DNA of 64,000 nucleotides from the human T2T-CHM13v2.0 reference genome, Homo sapiens: the NCBI RefSeq assembly GCF_009914755.1, contig NC_060941.1; one strand, written 5' to 3'. The notes beneath the pieces are model-generated. The model searched no databases. It was given only the letters and a program-made list of their open reading frames with translations, and was not told the origin of the DNA. Positions 1-13,313 of this stretch are shown piece by piece (position 1 is the stretch's first letter; each line of letters starts with the position of its first letter). The translations under genes and the position numbers were made by a program.

Positions 1-2573
1 AAACACCACATGTTCTTGTGTTAGTTTGCTGAGAATGATGCTTTCCAGCTTCATCCACGTCCCTGCAAAGGACATGAACTTGTCCTTTTTTATGGCTGCA
101 TAGTATTCCATGGTATATATGTGCCACATTTTCTTTATGCAGTCTATCATTGATAGGCATTTGGGTTGGTTCCAAGTCTTTGCTATTGTGAACAGTGCCA
201 CAATAAACATATCTTTATAGTAGAATGATTTATAATCCTTTGGGTATATACCCAGTAATGGGATTGCTGGGCCAAATGGTATTTCTGGTTCTAGACCCTT
301 GAGGAATCGCCACACTGTCTTCCACAATGGTTGAACTAATTTACACTCCCACCAACAGTGTAAAAGCGTTCCTATTTCTCCACATCCTCTCCAGCATCTG
401 TTGTTTCCTGACTTTTTAATGATCACCATTCTAACTGGCGTGAGATGGTATCTCATTGTGGTTTTGATTTGGATTTCTCTAATGACCAGTGATGATGAGC
501 TTTTTTTCATGTTTGTTGGCTGCATGAATGTCTTCTTTTGAGAAGTGTCTGTTCATATCCTTTGCCCACTTTTTGATGGGGTTGTTTGTTTTCTTCTTGT
601 AAATTTGTTTAAGTTCTTTGTAGATTCTGGATATTAGCCCTTTGTCAGATGGATAGACTGCAAAAATTTTCTCCCATTCTCTAGGTTGCCTGTTCACTCT
701 GATGATAGTTTCTTTCACTGTGCAGAAGCTCTTTATTTTAATTAGACCCCGTTTGTCAATTTTGGCTTTTGTTGACATTGCTTTTGGTGTTTTAGTCACG
801 AAGCCTTTGCCCATGCCTATGTCCTGAATGGTATTGTCTAGGTTTTCCTCTAGGGTTTTTATGGTTTTAGGTCTTATGTTTAAGTCTTTAATCCATCTTG
901 AGTTAATTTTTATATAAGGTGTAAGGAAGGGGTTCAGTTTCAGTGTTTTGCATATGGCTAGCCAATTTTCCCAACACCATTTATTAAATAGGGAATCCTT
1001 TCCCCATTGCTTGTTTTTGTCAGGTTTGTCAAAGATCTGATGGTTGTAGATGAATGGCATTATTTCTGAGGCCTCTGTTCTGTTCCATTGGTCTATATAT
1101 CTGTTTTGGTACCACTACCATGCTGTTTGTTATTGTAGCCTTGTAGTATAGTTTGAAGTTAGGTAGCGTGATGCCTCCAGCTTTGTTCTTTTTGCTTAGG
1201 ATTGTCTTGGCTATGTGGGCTCTTTTTTGGTTCCATATGAAATTTAAAATAGTTTTTTCTAATTCTGTGAAGCAAGTCAATGGTAGCTTGATGGGGATAG
1301 CACTGAATCTACAAATTACTTTGGGCAGTATGGCCATTTTCACAATATTGATTCCTCCTATCCATCAGGCTTCTCTGCTGCAGGTCTGCTGGAGTTCACT
1401 GGAGGTCCACTCCAGACCCTGTTTGCCTGGGTCTCACCAGCGGAGGCTGCGTAACAGCAAAGATTGATGCCTATTCCTTCCTCTGGAAGCTTCGTCCCAG
1501 AGGGGCACCCACCAGATGCCAGCCAGAGCTCTCCTGTATGAGGTGTCCGTTGACCCCTGCTGGGAGGTGTCTCCCAGACAGGAGGCACGGGAATCAGGAA
1601 CCCACTTGAGGAGGCAGTCTGTCCATTAGCAGAGCTCGAGTGCTGTGCTGAAAGATCTACTGCTCTCTTCAGAGGTGGCAGGCAGGAATGTTTAAATCTG
1701 AATCTGCTGAAGCTGTGTCCACAGCCACCCTTTCCCCCAGGTGCTCTGTTCCAGGGAGACAGGAGCCCTGACTGGGGCTGCTGCCTTTCTTTCAGAGATG
1801 CCCAGCCCAGAGAGGAGGAATCTAGAGAGACAGTCTGACTATAGCGGCTTTGCTGAGCTGCAGTGGGCTCTGCCCAGTTCGAACTTCCCAGCAGCTTTCT
1901 TTAGACTGTAAGAGGAAGACTGCCTACTCAAGCCTCAGTAATGGCTGATGCCCCTCCCCTAACCAAGCTCAAGCATCCCAGGTCAACTTCAGACTGCTGT
2001 GCTGGCAGTGAGAATTTCAAGCCAGTGGATCTTAGCTTGCTGGGCTGCTTGGGGGTGGGATCCACTGAGCTAGACCACTTGGCTTCCTGGCTTCAGCCCC
2101 TTTTCTGGGGGAGTGAAGGGTTCTGTCTCGCTGGCGTTCCAGGCACCACTGGGGTATGAGAAGAAACTCCTGCAGCTAGCTCAGTGTCTGCCCAAATAGC
2201 CACCCAGTTTTGTGCTCGAAACCCACGACCCTGGTGGCATAGGCACTGGAGGAAGACTCCTGGTCTGTGAGTTGCGAAGACCATGGGAAAAGCGTAGTAT
2301 CTGGGCCAGCATGAACTGTTCCTCATGGCACAGTCCCTCACGGCTTCCCATGGCTAGGGAAGGGAGGTCCCCAGCCCCTTGCTCTTCCTAGATGAGGTGA
2401 TGCCCCACCCTGCTTCTGCTTGCCCTCCGTGGGCTGCACCCACTGTCTAACTAGTCCCAATGAGATGAGACAGGTACCTCAGTTGGAAATGCAGAAATCA
2501 CCTGCCTTCTGCATTGATCTCCCTGGGAGCTGCAGACCAGAGAACCTCCTATTTGGCCATCTTGCCAGCTGCT
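1..2573 (-). mobile_element. L1PA-family LINE-1 (L1PA7/8-like) with 5'UTR fused directly to the 3' end of ORF2
   Basis: ORF2 C-terminal remnants (479-1060, 1029-1343: [27 protein letters not shown]); 5'UTR 1366-2573 ending in the YY1 motif gccatctt (2556-2563). Confidence 0.9.
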
Positions 2574-5320
2574 GTATATTCACATTTCTTAAAGGATGTG
2601 CAATCATCACCATGGTCAATTTGAAAACATATTCATCTTCTTAAAAGGAAATATCGTACCATTTAGCTAGTACAACCCGACATTCCCTTTCCAACTCCCT
2701 AGGCCTAAACAACCACTAATCTACTTTTTTTTCTCTATGGATATCTCTGTTCTGGGCATTTTGTATAAATGAAGTTACATAATATGTGGTCTTTTGCAAT
2801 TGGCTTCTCTCATTTAGCTTAAAGTTTTCAAGGTGTGTCCGTGTTGTAGCACGTATCAGTAACTCATTCCTTTTTATAGACAAATAATATTCTAGCGTCA
2901 TTCCTAGCATCAAATAATGTTCTAGTATATAGATATACCAAATTTTGTTTATCCATTCAACAGTTAATGGACATTTGGGTTGCATTGTAAATAAATGCTG
3001 TTATAATGCTGCATATCCATGAATTTCTGTAATACTATATTAGATAAATCACCTTTCATTAATATAATAATGCTGATTATCTGTGTATGAATTTCTGTGT
3101 GGACATATGCGTTCATTTCTCTTTGGTACTAACCTAGGAGAGGAATTGCTGGGTCACATGGTAACTCTATGTTTAATCTTTTGAGGAACTGTCAGAATGT
3201 TTTCCAAAGCAGTAGCACCATTCACATTCCCAACAGCAGTGTAGGAGGGTTCCAATTTCTCCATATCCAATGTGTGTTATTATCAGTCTTTTTTATTCTG
3301 GCCAACGTGGGTGTAAAGCAATATCTCATGGTTTTGATTTGCATTTCTCTGGTGACTAATGAGACAGAGTATCTACTCCTGTGCTTATTGGCCATTCTTA
3401 TATCTTCCTTGGACAAATGCCTTTTCAAGGCCTTTGCCCACTTTTTATTGGAATAATTATCTTTTCATTGAGATGTAAGGGTTTATTACTTATTCTGGAC
3501 ACAAGGCTCTTATCAGCCACATGCTTTGCAAATATTTTCTTCTATGTGATGTATTGTCTTTTCACTTTATTGATGGTGTTCTTTGAAGCACAACAATTTT
3601 GAATTTTGTTGAAATCCAACTTACCAACTTTTTTGTTGCCTATGCTTTTGGTGCTATATCTAAAAATCCTTTGCCAAATACAAGGTCATGAAGGTTTACC
3701 CGTAAGTTTTCTTCTAAGAGTTTTATAGTTTTAGCTCTTACATTTTGGTCTTTGTTCCATTTTGAGTTAATTTTTGTATATGGTGTTAGATAAGGGTCCA
3801 ACATCATTCTTCTGCTTATGGATTTTCACTTGTCCCAGCACCATTTGTTGAAAAGCCTATTCTTTTCTCATTGAATGATCTTGACACCCTTGTCAAAAAT
3901 CAGCTGACTTTAGATATGTGGGTTTATGTCTAGACTCTCAATCCTATTCCACTGATTTATGCATATATTTTTGTGCCAATACCACACTGTCTTGATTACC
4001 ATTGTTGGATAGTAAGTTTTGAAATCAAGACAGTTGAATCCTGCTACATTGTTCCATTGTTCTTCTTTTTCAAAATTGTTTTGGTTATTCTCGTTCTCTT
4101 GCAATTCCATTTGAATTTTATAATTGGCTTAACAATTTCTATAAAGAAGTCTGCTGAGATTCTATTGGGGATTGCATTCAATCTGAAAACAGGGTGGGAG
4201 CATTACCATCTTAACAATGTGAAGCTTTCCAACCCATGAACCTGGAATGGCTTTCCTCGTATTTAGACCTTTTTAAATGTCTTTCAATAATATTTTATAA
4301 TTTTCACAGTATAAGTTTTGCAGTTCTTTAAATTTTTTTCTATTTATTTTATCCTTTTTGATGCTATTATAAGTAGAATTGTTTTCTTAATTTAATTTTT
4401 AAATTTTTAATTGCATTTGAATTTTAGAATCAGCTCACCAAATATAATTGATTTTTGTATATTAATTCTTGCTGAATTTCTTTACTAGTTCTAATAGGCT
4501 TTTAGTGGATTCCTTAGGATTTTCTATATACAAGGTGATATCATCTATGAATAGATATAGTTTTTATGTTCTTTTCAAATCTGGATGCCTTGTATTTCTT
4601 TTTCTTGCCTAATTGTACTGGATGGAACATCCTGTATAATGTTAAATAGAGGTGTTGAGAGCAGACGTCCTTGTCTTGTTCCTGATCTTAGAGAGGAAGC
4701 ATCTAATATTTCACTAGTAAATATGATGCTAGGTATGGATTTTTCATAGTTGTCTTTTATCAGGTTGAGGGAGTTCCCCTTCATCACTAGTCTGCTGAGT
4801 GTTTTTATCATGAAAGGATATTGGATTTTGTCAAATGTGTTTTCGATTCTAATGGCTATTATTTGGTGAAGAATTTTTGAATTCATATTCATAAGAAATA
4901 TTGGTCTGTAGTTTTTATTTCTTGTGATATCTTTGGTTTTGGTATCAAGGGAACACCGGCTTCATAAGAAGAGGCCAGTGTTACCTACCTTACTTTTCTA
5001 TTTTTTAGAGGAGTTTGTTAAGAATTGGTATTAATTCTTCTTTAAATATTTGGTAGAACTCAGTAGTGAAGCCATTTGGGCCTGGGCTTTTTTGTTTGTG
5101 AATAATTTATTAGTAGTAGTATTAATAGATCAATCTCTTCACTCATTATAGGCCTATTCTTATTATCTATTTCATATTGAGTCAGTTTCAGTAATTGTGT
5201 CTGGGGAATTTGTCCATTTCATCTAAGGTGCCTAATTTGTTGTATACAATTGTTCATAGCATTTCTTTGTAATTTTTTGTTGTTGTTTGTGTAGGGTCAG
5301 TATAATGTCCCTTCTATCAT
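2574..5320 (-). mobile_element. Older L1M (L1MA/MB-like) 3'UTR and ORF2 remnant
   Basis: Degenerate ORF2 peptides ([28 protein letters not shown]) in ORFs 3910-4110 and 4575-4892. Confidence 0.85.
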
Positions 5321-5529
5321 TACAGATCCTCAAGGCAGACAAGTTCCCAAGGAAGCGAAGCTGTCCCCATAGATGAGAGATCAATAACAATCATGACCCA
5401 AGGAACTGATAGCAGATAAGTTGTTTTTACTCAAGTGTTTTATTCTAACCCTTCTCTGTTTGGGGGGACTCCATGAGTTCCATGTAGAATGTAAGGCTCC
5501 ACTGTCAACTGAGTTGGTGTAATTTTCCT

Positions 5530-6210
5530 GGAGACTAAGCTGAAAATACCTATTAGATTCTTCAAAATATACACACCCTCTGTTTTGGCAACATCCTTAC
5601 CAGAAATTTAAGATTTGGATATACTTTTTAAAAGTCACCAATATTCATGTACAAGGATGTCCACAGAAATACTTTGATTAATAATAAAAAGTAGACACAA
5701 CCAAAATATCTATCAATGGAGGGCTGGTAAATAAAGGTTTGTACAACAATACAATAAAATACTATGCAGAATTTTGAAAGAATAAAATAGTGTTCACTAA
5801 AAAGCATGAGGTATATGCTGGTATAGAATGGTATAGAATGATCTCAAATTTTTATCATTAAATGAAAAGGTGCAGAAGTGAGTAGTATGATCACTTTTGT
5901 GTACGTTTAAAAAATACATAGATGGATGTACATATGTGGGCAATTTTCTTTCCTGGAAGAAGTCATAAGAAACTATGTCTTACGGTTACCTTTGGCAAAA
6001 GACTATGGGTAGGTGGGAAAGAGGCTTTCAGATTGTATTTTTCCCTCTAGATACAAGATAGGATGTTATAATCCTAGATATATGGTTTTTTTTTAAATGC
6101 CAAGAGTGTTACCTGGGTAGGGAGATTTAGGGGCCGTTTTTGCTTTTCTTCTTTATTCTTATCCCTATTAATTTTTAATGAAATGTTAGAAAAGTTTATG
6201 AAATAAAAGT
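5530..6210 (+). mobile_element. Ancient L1ME-like 3' fragment
   Basis: Degenerate motifs atgtacaaggatgt...caaccaaaatatctatcaatggagggctggtaaataaa. Confidence 0.6.
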
Positions 6211-6421
6211 GTATGTTTTCAAAGTACCAGCTCGTGAAATAAAATTCCTAGTTTTCTTAATCTCACATGCATCTCATGGCCACCTGTGCCACCTTAAAAC
6301 TATCTGAGTCAAAAGCAGAGTAGCAGTCACTACTGAAAACCTCAGAAAAGAGAAGTCCTTCCGTCACAGACACCCAAGGACAGAAGAGCACAAGGTACCT
6401 GAAGGTGGCTTTATGCTAGGC

Positions 6422-6587
6422 CCTTGCTACTCAAAGTGTGGTCGGTGGACAAGCAGCATCCACCTCACCCAGGCACTAATTGGAAATGCAGAATCTCAAT
6501 CCCCACCTGGGCCTAAAGTTTCAGAATCTGCATGCTATCAGATTCCCAGGTGATTCACTAGCATGTTGAAGTATGAGACCTCCTGCA
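6422..6587 (+). mobile_element. MER5A1-like hAT-Charlie element
   Basis: gctactcaaagtgtggtc...gaaatgcagaatctc...cccaggtgattc matches the MER5A1 pattern. Confidence 0.75.
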
Positions 6588-6824
6588 CTAGCTCAGAGGT
6601 GTCATCCCCAGTTGCATGCTGTAATCACCAGAAGTGTTCTTTAAACCATGATGGGTGGGTCCCATCATGGAAACAGGGAATCCAAATCTCTAATGGGAAT
6701 TCCTGCATGGGAGATTCCAGTGTGCAGACTGATACTGAGAATCCTGCATAACAGTCAATGTCTCTCCTACATGCTCTTTCAAATATACCTCTGTTGTAAC
6801 ATATGTGATAACCACTCTAATCTA

Positions 6825-7040
6825 TAGAGTCTTTCTAGGTACTAGTCACTATGCTGAACACTTTATCCATATAACTTCCTTGAAATCCCCTCAGCCCTAT
6901 ACCCTTGTTATTGGCATCCCCATTTTATAGATGAGAAAACTGAATCTTAGTGTTTACGTAACCTTTTCAGGCCCCTATGGCTGGTAAGCAGCAAAGGACA
7001 GGCTCAAACCCAGGCTCTCATTTCTATGCTCTTAACCTTA
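6825..7040 (-). mobile_element. MIR SINE
   Basis: Core ccccattttatagatgagaaaactga. Confidence 0.7.
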
Positions 7041-7801
7041 TTATAATATAGTCACTTGTTTACTTGTACCTCTCACTAAAATGTGACCTTTCGATGTTAA
7101 GATATATGTCATTACTTCTTTATCTTTGGTACCCAATTCAAAATAGTTGCACAATAAATATTAAGGACTATCAACCACATCATTTGCTTGTTATTTTGCA
7201 GACACACAACAAAAGGTCGACGGGTAAAAATATGGACGCATGAGACACAACTCAGAAACCCTGAGCTGGGTGACAATGGTGGCCTTTTCTCTCCTTCAGG
7301 ATGGCATTAGGAGCTTAGTTGGTGCCAACCAATGTTTTATCTGCAAGTGTGGCCTCAAGTCACCATCATTCAGACCTTTCACCATATCATACCTCAGGGT
7401 GAGGGATCTGAGATGCTTCTGCCAACATTCCCAGTATATCAGGGCAGCTCATGACATGCCTCCATGTTTTCCATGTGGGTCATCAAACAACAGAGCACCA
7501 GAGAGGGTTGAACTAAATGAATACTCAAGTGCCTTCCAGTCCATTTACAGCCTCCATTTCAGCTGCAATTCCCAACTGTCTCCAATTAGCAAACCTTTGC
7601 ACAGACATCATGAAGGCATCATGTGCTCCCTGTAGCTTGTAAAACAGCTATGATTTTGGTGCCTTAGCACCATCTTGTAACCCAAATCTCCAGCTCAACT
7701 TTGCTTTCCACTGAAGCTCTTCATCCTGCTCCAACAGGCACCTTGTACCCACACCCAAGTTCCCACAAAAACTCAAGAGAGACCAGTGAGTTACTCTGAT
7801 G

Positions 7802-7807
7802 TTTATT
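7802..7807 (-). terminator. PMP22 polyadenylation signal AATAAA
   Basis: tttatt on + strand, followed on the sense strand by a U/GU-rich tract (TCTCTTGAGTTTTTGTG). Confidence 0.88.
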
Positions 7808-8240
7808 TTAATGCATCTTAGTCCACACAGTTGGTATAAAATCAGAAAATGCAAAGCAAAAACAAAAGGTCTGGAGTCTTAGCATCAGAAGGGCACCATA
7901 TATACATCTACAGTTGGTGGCCAATACAAGTCATTGCCAGACAGTCCTTGGAGGCACAGAACAGCCTAGACCCAGCCAAGCTCTAGGAACTCACGGTCCC
8001 AAGGAGTCTAGACGCTTGTTCTGATGCTCCGACCGTAAGAAAAATGTGGGAGTGATGAAGGCTTTATGATTTACTCATTATAGTAATAATAGCAGCCTAG
8101 CTAGGTACAAAAGCAGTTATAAACCATTTATATTACACAGAATTATTCAGGTCTCCATTCTATCTTATGTTGTAAAATTGTTAATTGGATTTCCAGTGAG
8201 TTGTTTAGATGATTAGTGATAATAAGGAATGGTAAATCCA

Positions 8241-8248
8241 TAGCACCA
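8241..8248 (-). promoter_or_regulatory. miR-29 family 8mer target site (UGGUGCUA)
   Basis: tagcacca on + strand; miR-29a repression of PMP22 is established. Confidence 0.85.
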
Positions 8249-8483
8249 TTTCAAAGACTTGTTGTCACTGATTTCTCATTTAGATGTGTGACGAAGATAC
8301 TCCACCTGTAAGGGCAAGTATGCCAATGCCACAAGCCGTGTTTTTGCGAGGGCTCCAGTTTGGGCATTTTGTCCGTGTGCGCGTAAAGCTTCACACAGAG
8401 GTTCGGGCAGCGGCTGTTTCTGTTGGATGCACTGGGTCACCCACCAGAAAAGGGCTTTTGGACATTTGGGGTTTCTACCCACA

Positions 8484-8490
8484 CTTTGGT
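8484..8490 (-). promoter_or_regulatory. miR-9-5p 7mer-m8 site (ACCAAAG)
   Basis: ctttggt on + strand within the 3'UTR; miR-9 regulation of PMP22 is known. Confidence 0.6.
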
Positions 8491-8924
8491 TTTCTAAATG
8501 AGGTGGACTGGGAGGGAGGTATCTTCTTTCAGATGAAAGGGAAGGGGCGAGATGGAGTTATCTTATTTCTGGGTAAAACAAAACAAACAAACAAAAAACA
8601 AAACAAAAATACTGAGCTGGATTATACTGTTAGGATGTAAAGTTCCTTAGCTACTTCTTTAAGGCTCAACACGAGGCTGATGGTCAACATAAAAAGCAAA
8701 CAATACTATGTACATATATGTAAAAAGTGTTATAAATAGGTTTTATAAACCGGAGATATTATATACATCTTCAATCAACAGCAACCCCCACCTCCACTGC
8801 TTTCTGTTTGGTTTGGTTTGAGTTTGGGATTTTGGGCTAGCTCTTTTTTCTTTGTCTGCTTTCTGTTTTCCCTTCCTCCCTTCCCTATGTACGCTCAGAG
8901 CCTCAGACAGACCGTCTGGGCGCC

Positions 8925-9191
<267 letters not shown>

Positions 9192-11624
9192 CTACCTCTG
9201 GAAGGAAATCTGCTTCCAGGTCCAGAATTGAAAGGAGGTAGCACAAAAATATGGGAACAAGGAAAACAACTTGCTCTCTATTTCCAATCTTGGCCACCTA
9301 GGCCTTAATACCTGAGGGTTTTCTTTACATTTTCTGCCCTATTTCTCTTTCTTTCACTGTCACCAATTCCCAGGCCACACTACATGGCCAGCAGGCATTC
9401 AGGCTGCAAGAAAAACCTACCTGTCTCTTTCCAAGGGTGGTTGGGTATGGAAACCCCTGGAAATCTATATGCCACTCTACAAGTGAGTGGTGGCATTACC
9501 TAAAGCCAATGGAAGTGAAGTGACATTTTACCATTATTGGAGTCACGCCATGGTAAAAGGATTAAGCTCCATGCAGACCACAGGGGCCTATGGTCCCCCT
9601 AACAGAGTTGCCACATACCAGGTGAAGCAAGCAATGCCTATGGGCACTGCCAAACAGACAAAGAAATGTGTGGAGAGGGAAAAAGAAAGTGAGGAATAAG
9701 GATGCAGCCGACAGTATGACTGGGAAGCCACGCTGCAGAGGGGGAAGATGATCAAAGGCAAGCTCCATTTCCCTGGGTGCCCCAAGGTTGCATTTGAAGC
9801 CCAAAGAAGGCTAAAGGGCACTGGATATGCAGGTGGGTCAGGCCACCCTCCCTGGCCCACCAATGCAGCCCTTCGGTGTTGGAAAGAGAAGAAAAGCCTC
9901 CATCTTGGGCCCTGTGGAGCAGCCACGCTCAAACTGATGGCCCCAGCTCACGTGACAGACAGCGTCCCCCCACAAGGAGGGGTCCAGTGATGTCAGCACC
10001 CCAGCCTGGAGCTGCACAAAGCCTGGTCTGTTTCCTCCCTGAAAACAGGGTCTTTGAGAAGCTCTGAGTGACTCTATTATAAATCCAGTATGCCGTGTGG
10101 GATTCATGCAGTTCCAGAGTTCCCAATGCACCCGCGCCCCCCCACCGCCCGGCCACCTACATCTAACCTCACTGCTATTTGGGCTGCTGTTTTACTGGAC
10201 ACTGCAACTTTGTTTGAAGACAGTGCAGAAGTGGGAATACGCCACATGAACCACCCTGTTAAGCCTGTCCTCCTGCAACTCAGAGGAGAAAACTGCCACT
10301 TGACTGGCCCCTGTCAAGAGAGCCACACAATAGTCTTGGAACCAAAATGGGACAGCATCCAGGACCTGCCACCTACAGGAAGTTCAGAAGACAGCAAAGA
10401 TGGCCATGTCAGGAGCGAAATCATTGCGGGTTAATTGTTGATTGCAGAAAACAGCAGTTTTGATCTGCTGGGGACACACTTTATTTGCCTTGAGGTCCAG
10501 GATCCTTAATTATCTTGCCCCACTCTTCCACGGCTTGCATCTCCAAAGTGCTAACTCTTGTCTTTAAGAAATACTGAAGTTGTCTCTTGGGCTCTGTCTG
10601 ACTTATCTAATGAAGGCAGGGCTATAAAAAAGGAAACATGACCTTGGCAGAGAGAAAGGTGTTAACAGAGTGCTAGCAGGGCAGGACAACACTTATCATC
10701 ATGCAGGCAGGGCTCCCAAATGGGCTGTCTAACCAGATCTGGCATGAGAAATGCCTCAGGAGCTGAGTGGACCAGCTACTCCCCGATTTCACTGACTAAG
10801 AGGAGATACCAGATTCCATCCTTGAACAAGAGGGATAGAAAGAGGCAGTATAGAGAAGTGCAGCGACTAACTACACAGCTTAATGTGTATGACTTTCATC
10901 TTAGTAGAATCTCAGAAGTGAATGACTCTAAGCTTAACCGTGATAAGCAGTAAACTTAGATATCTACAAAGCCAAAGAGAGGATACACACTTTATATGAT
11001 TGTTGTCATGAGACTGATGTTTTAGGGAATATATTATTACAAGATTGTCTGCATGTAAAGCAATAGATGTACCCTGAAATAGAGAAAAGGATGATTCTTT
11101 GGCTGGGTTCCCTCTGTCTGCAACCCAAGACAGTTAATGTCATCCAGTAGTCATCTCCAAAAGCCAAATACCCCTAGTAAGTGGACTGTGACTCACTTTC
11201 TCAGCAACCAGTAGGTGGAGATGTATCACCAGGTCCCTGTGGCAAGGGTAAGTGAGGCCCTGAGGCACAGGCAGATGTTCTGCTCTTTGGCAATGACCGG
11301 GACTCCCTGGTAGGGGCCTGAGTCTGGGAGCATAGGTCATCTTTAAGCAGAAGGACACTGACCCTGTCCAGACAATACAAATGTGCTGAGCATTCAACTT
11401 ACAAGAGTTTCTCCCTGTCTCAGGATGGGTAGGTCTGCAACAACTTCCTGCAAGTTCTGCCTAAAGCCCTTTTGAAGAGAAAGTCTTAAGCTCCTTTAAC
11501 AGTGACTGCAACCCCATGAGAGTGATTAGAGCCCAGAGCCTCTGGAAGGAAGCACCCAAGGGGCCAAGGTCAAAGGAAGTAGCTGAGGGAATTCCCAGTA
11601 CATCCTTATCATCTCCATTCCCTT

Positions 11625-12480
11625 TGGTTCAGTGAACATTTAATGAGTGCCTATTGCATGCGGGCCCTGTTCTAGCTGCTGCTCTAGATGTACCAAGATA
11701 AGTGAGACATGGCTCCTACCTTAAGGACTGTGTGTCTAGAAGACAGACATTTGCATATAATTTCAATATAGTTCGATGGAATTTCGAGAGAGGGAAGGAA
11801 ATGCACCAGATGCCCCAAGAGCATAGACGGGCGCTGAGTCCAAACTGGAGAACTGGAGAAGCCACACGGACTCTCATATAATAGGCTGATTAGCTCACTA
11901 AGGGTCAGGAAAGAGAGGGCCTTACATGACATGTTAAGGAAGCTGTGATGAGAAGCCTCTGAGGAAACTTCAGCAGAGGAGAAACATGATCAGACGCACG
12001 TTTTAGAATGATCACTCTGGCCATGGTGCAGAAAATGGATTCAGGGGCAGGGACAAGGCAGGTAGCTGGAAGGTGCATGAGGAGGCCTTTGCATAGCTGC
12101 ACTGGGGTTAGTGAGTCAAGACAAAGAAATGGGCGTAATGCCTACGGAGGATGCTACCCAAATGCAGGATTCAGTAGAAGGCTGGCTGTGGGGTGAGGGA
12201 GAGAGGAGAGGCCAGCATGACCGCCTGGTGTGTTCACTCAGGCAAGTGGGAACACAGCGATGTCTCAGAAGCCAGGGGAATAGAGCTTCAAAGAGTAAGT
12301 AGCTAACAGTATTGAAAGGAGCAGAGTGATCCAACAAATTAAAGACTTCAAAGTGTACTTTGGTAACCTCGCAAAAGCACTTTCATTTGAGAGCCTGGGG
12401 CAGAAGTCAGAGAGAAGTTGGCTGGAAAGGGATGTCAGTGAGACCACCAGGGTGGTCACTGGAAGGTGCAGCTATGATGT
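11625..12480 (-). mobile_element. L2 LINE fragment
   Basis: Reverse L2 3' end (aacatttaatgagtgcctattg) and typical ttttagaatgatcactctggc segment. Confidence 0.7.
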
Positions 12481-12819
12481 TGGGTTGATGAGTGGGTGCC
12501 TTTTTCTCCCTCCCACTTCATCCTCAGGGCAACAAGGGAGGGCAGGAAGGGGCTGTGAGGCCTGTTCCTCTGAAAGCAAGAGACTTCTCTGTGTTTCTGT
12601 GATTGAAGCCCACTCCTTTTACATTTTCAGTATCCAAATGACCATTGCTGCCTAGAAAGCCACCCATAGCATTGACTCTGATTTGGGCATGGCCAGTGAG
12701 ACATCCATAATCATCCGTCCCTAACAAAAATTTCTAAATGTGGTATTTGACTTAAGCCACCTTTGAATCACTCTGAACAGGATGGCACTGAACTTTTATT
12801 AATCCCCCCCCACCAAATT

Positions 12820-13127
12820 CTTTTTTTTTTTTTCCTAGAGAGGCAGGGTCTCACTCTGTCACCAGGCTGGAGCAAGTGCAGGGGCCTGATCATAGTTCAC
12901 TGTAGTCTTGACCTCTCAGCCTCAAGCAATCCTCCTGCCTCAGCCTCCTGAATAGCTGGGACCACAGGCGTGCTCCAAGGCACCCCACTAATTTTTAAAT
13001 CATTTTTTGTAGAGATGGCATCTCGCTTTGTTGCCCAGGCTGGTCTTGAACTCCTGGCTTTAAGCAATCCTCTCACCTCAGTCTTTCAAAGTGTTGGGAT
13101 TACAGGCATTCGCCACCACACCTGGCC
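12820..13127 (-). mobile_element. AluJ-like SINE
   Basis: Poly-T, two diverged arms, ending cacacctggcc. Confidence 0.9.
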
Positions 13128-13254
13128 CAAATCCTTTTATTTTAAATGCTCTATAGCTATATTGATCTTTCTATTAACAAAACAAATGAACAACAATAAC
13201 AAAAAGAGAGAGAAAGTGAAACTCACTCAGGAGTCCCCTCTATTCTTTCTGTTC

Positions 13255-13313
13255 TTAATCCCGGTAACCACACATTTGACTTGAGTTTGATTCTGCCGAG
13301 GAAACACAATTAT
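13255..13313 (-). CDS. PMP22: Alternative intron-4 exon of PMP22 (two acceptors; C-termini ESNSSQMCGYRD* or DNCVSSAESNSSQMCGYRD*, 118/125-aa isoforms)
   Basis: AG acceptors at 13293-13294 and 13314-13315, both in phase with exon 4; TAA 13257-13255; donor GTGAGT 13221-13226; AATAAA 13136-13141. Consistent with my unverified recollection of reported minor isoforms. Confidence 0.55.

Larger units (their letters stand above)
7786..8924 (-). other. PMP22: PMP22 3'UTR
   Basis: Between the stop codon and AATAAA; AU-rich, with miR-29 8mer (8241-8248), miR-9 7mer-m8 (8484-8490) and PUM elements. Confidence 0.9.

Noticed and set aside
479-4892. ORFs with L1 ORF2-like peptides
   Set aside because: Frameshifted, fragmented LINE-1 remnants; no intact ORF1 or ORF2.
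7657-7672. Second miR-29 8mer inside a small palindrome (tggtgc-ctta-gcacca)
   Set aside because: Lies ~115 nt beyond the inferred cleavage site; no evidence for an extended 3'UTR.
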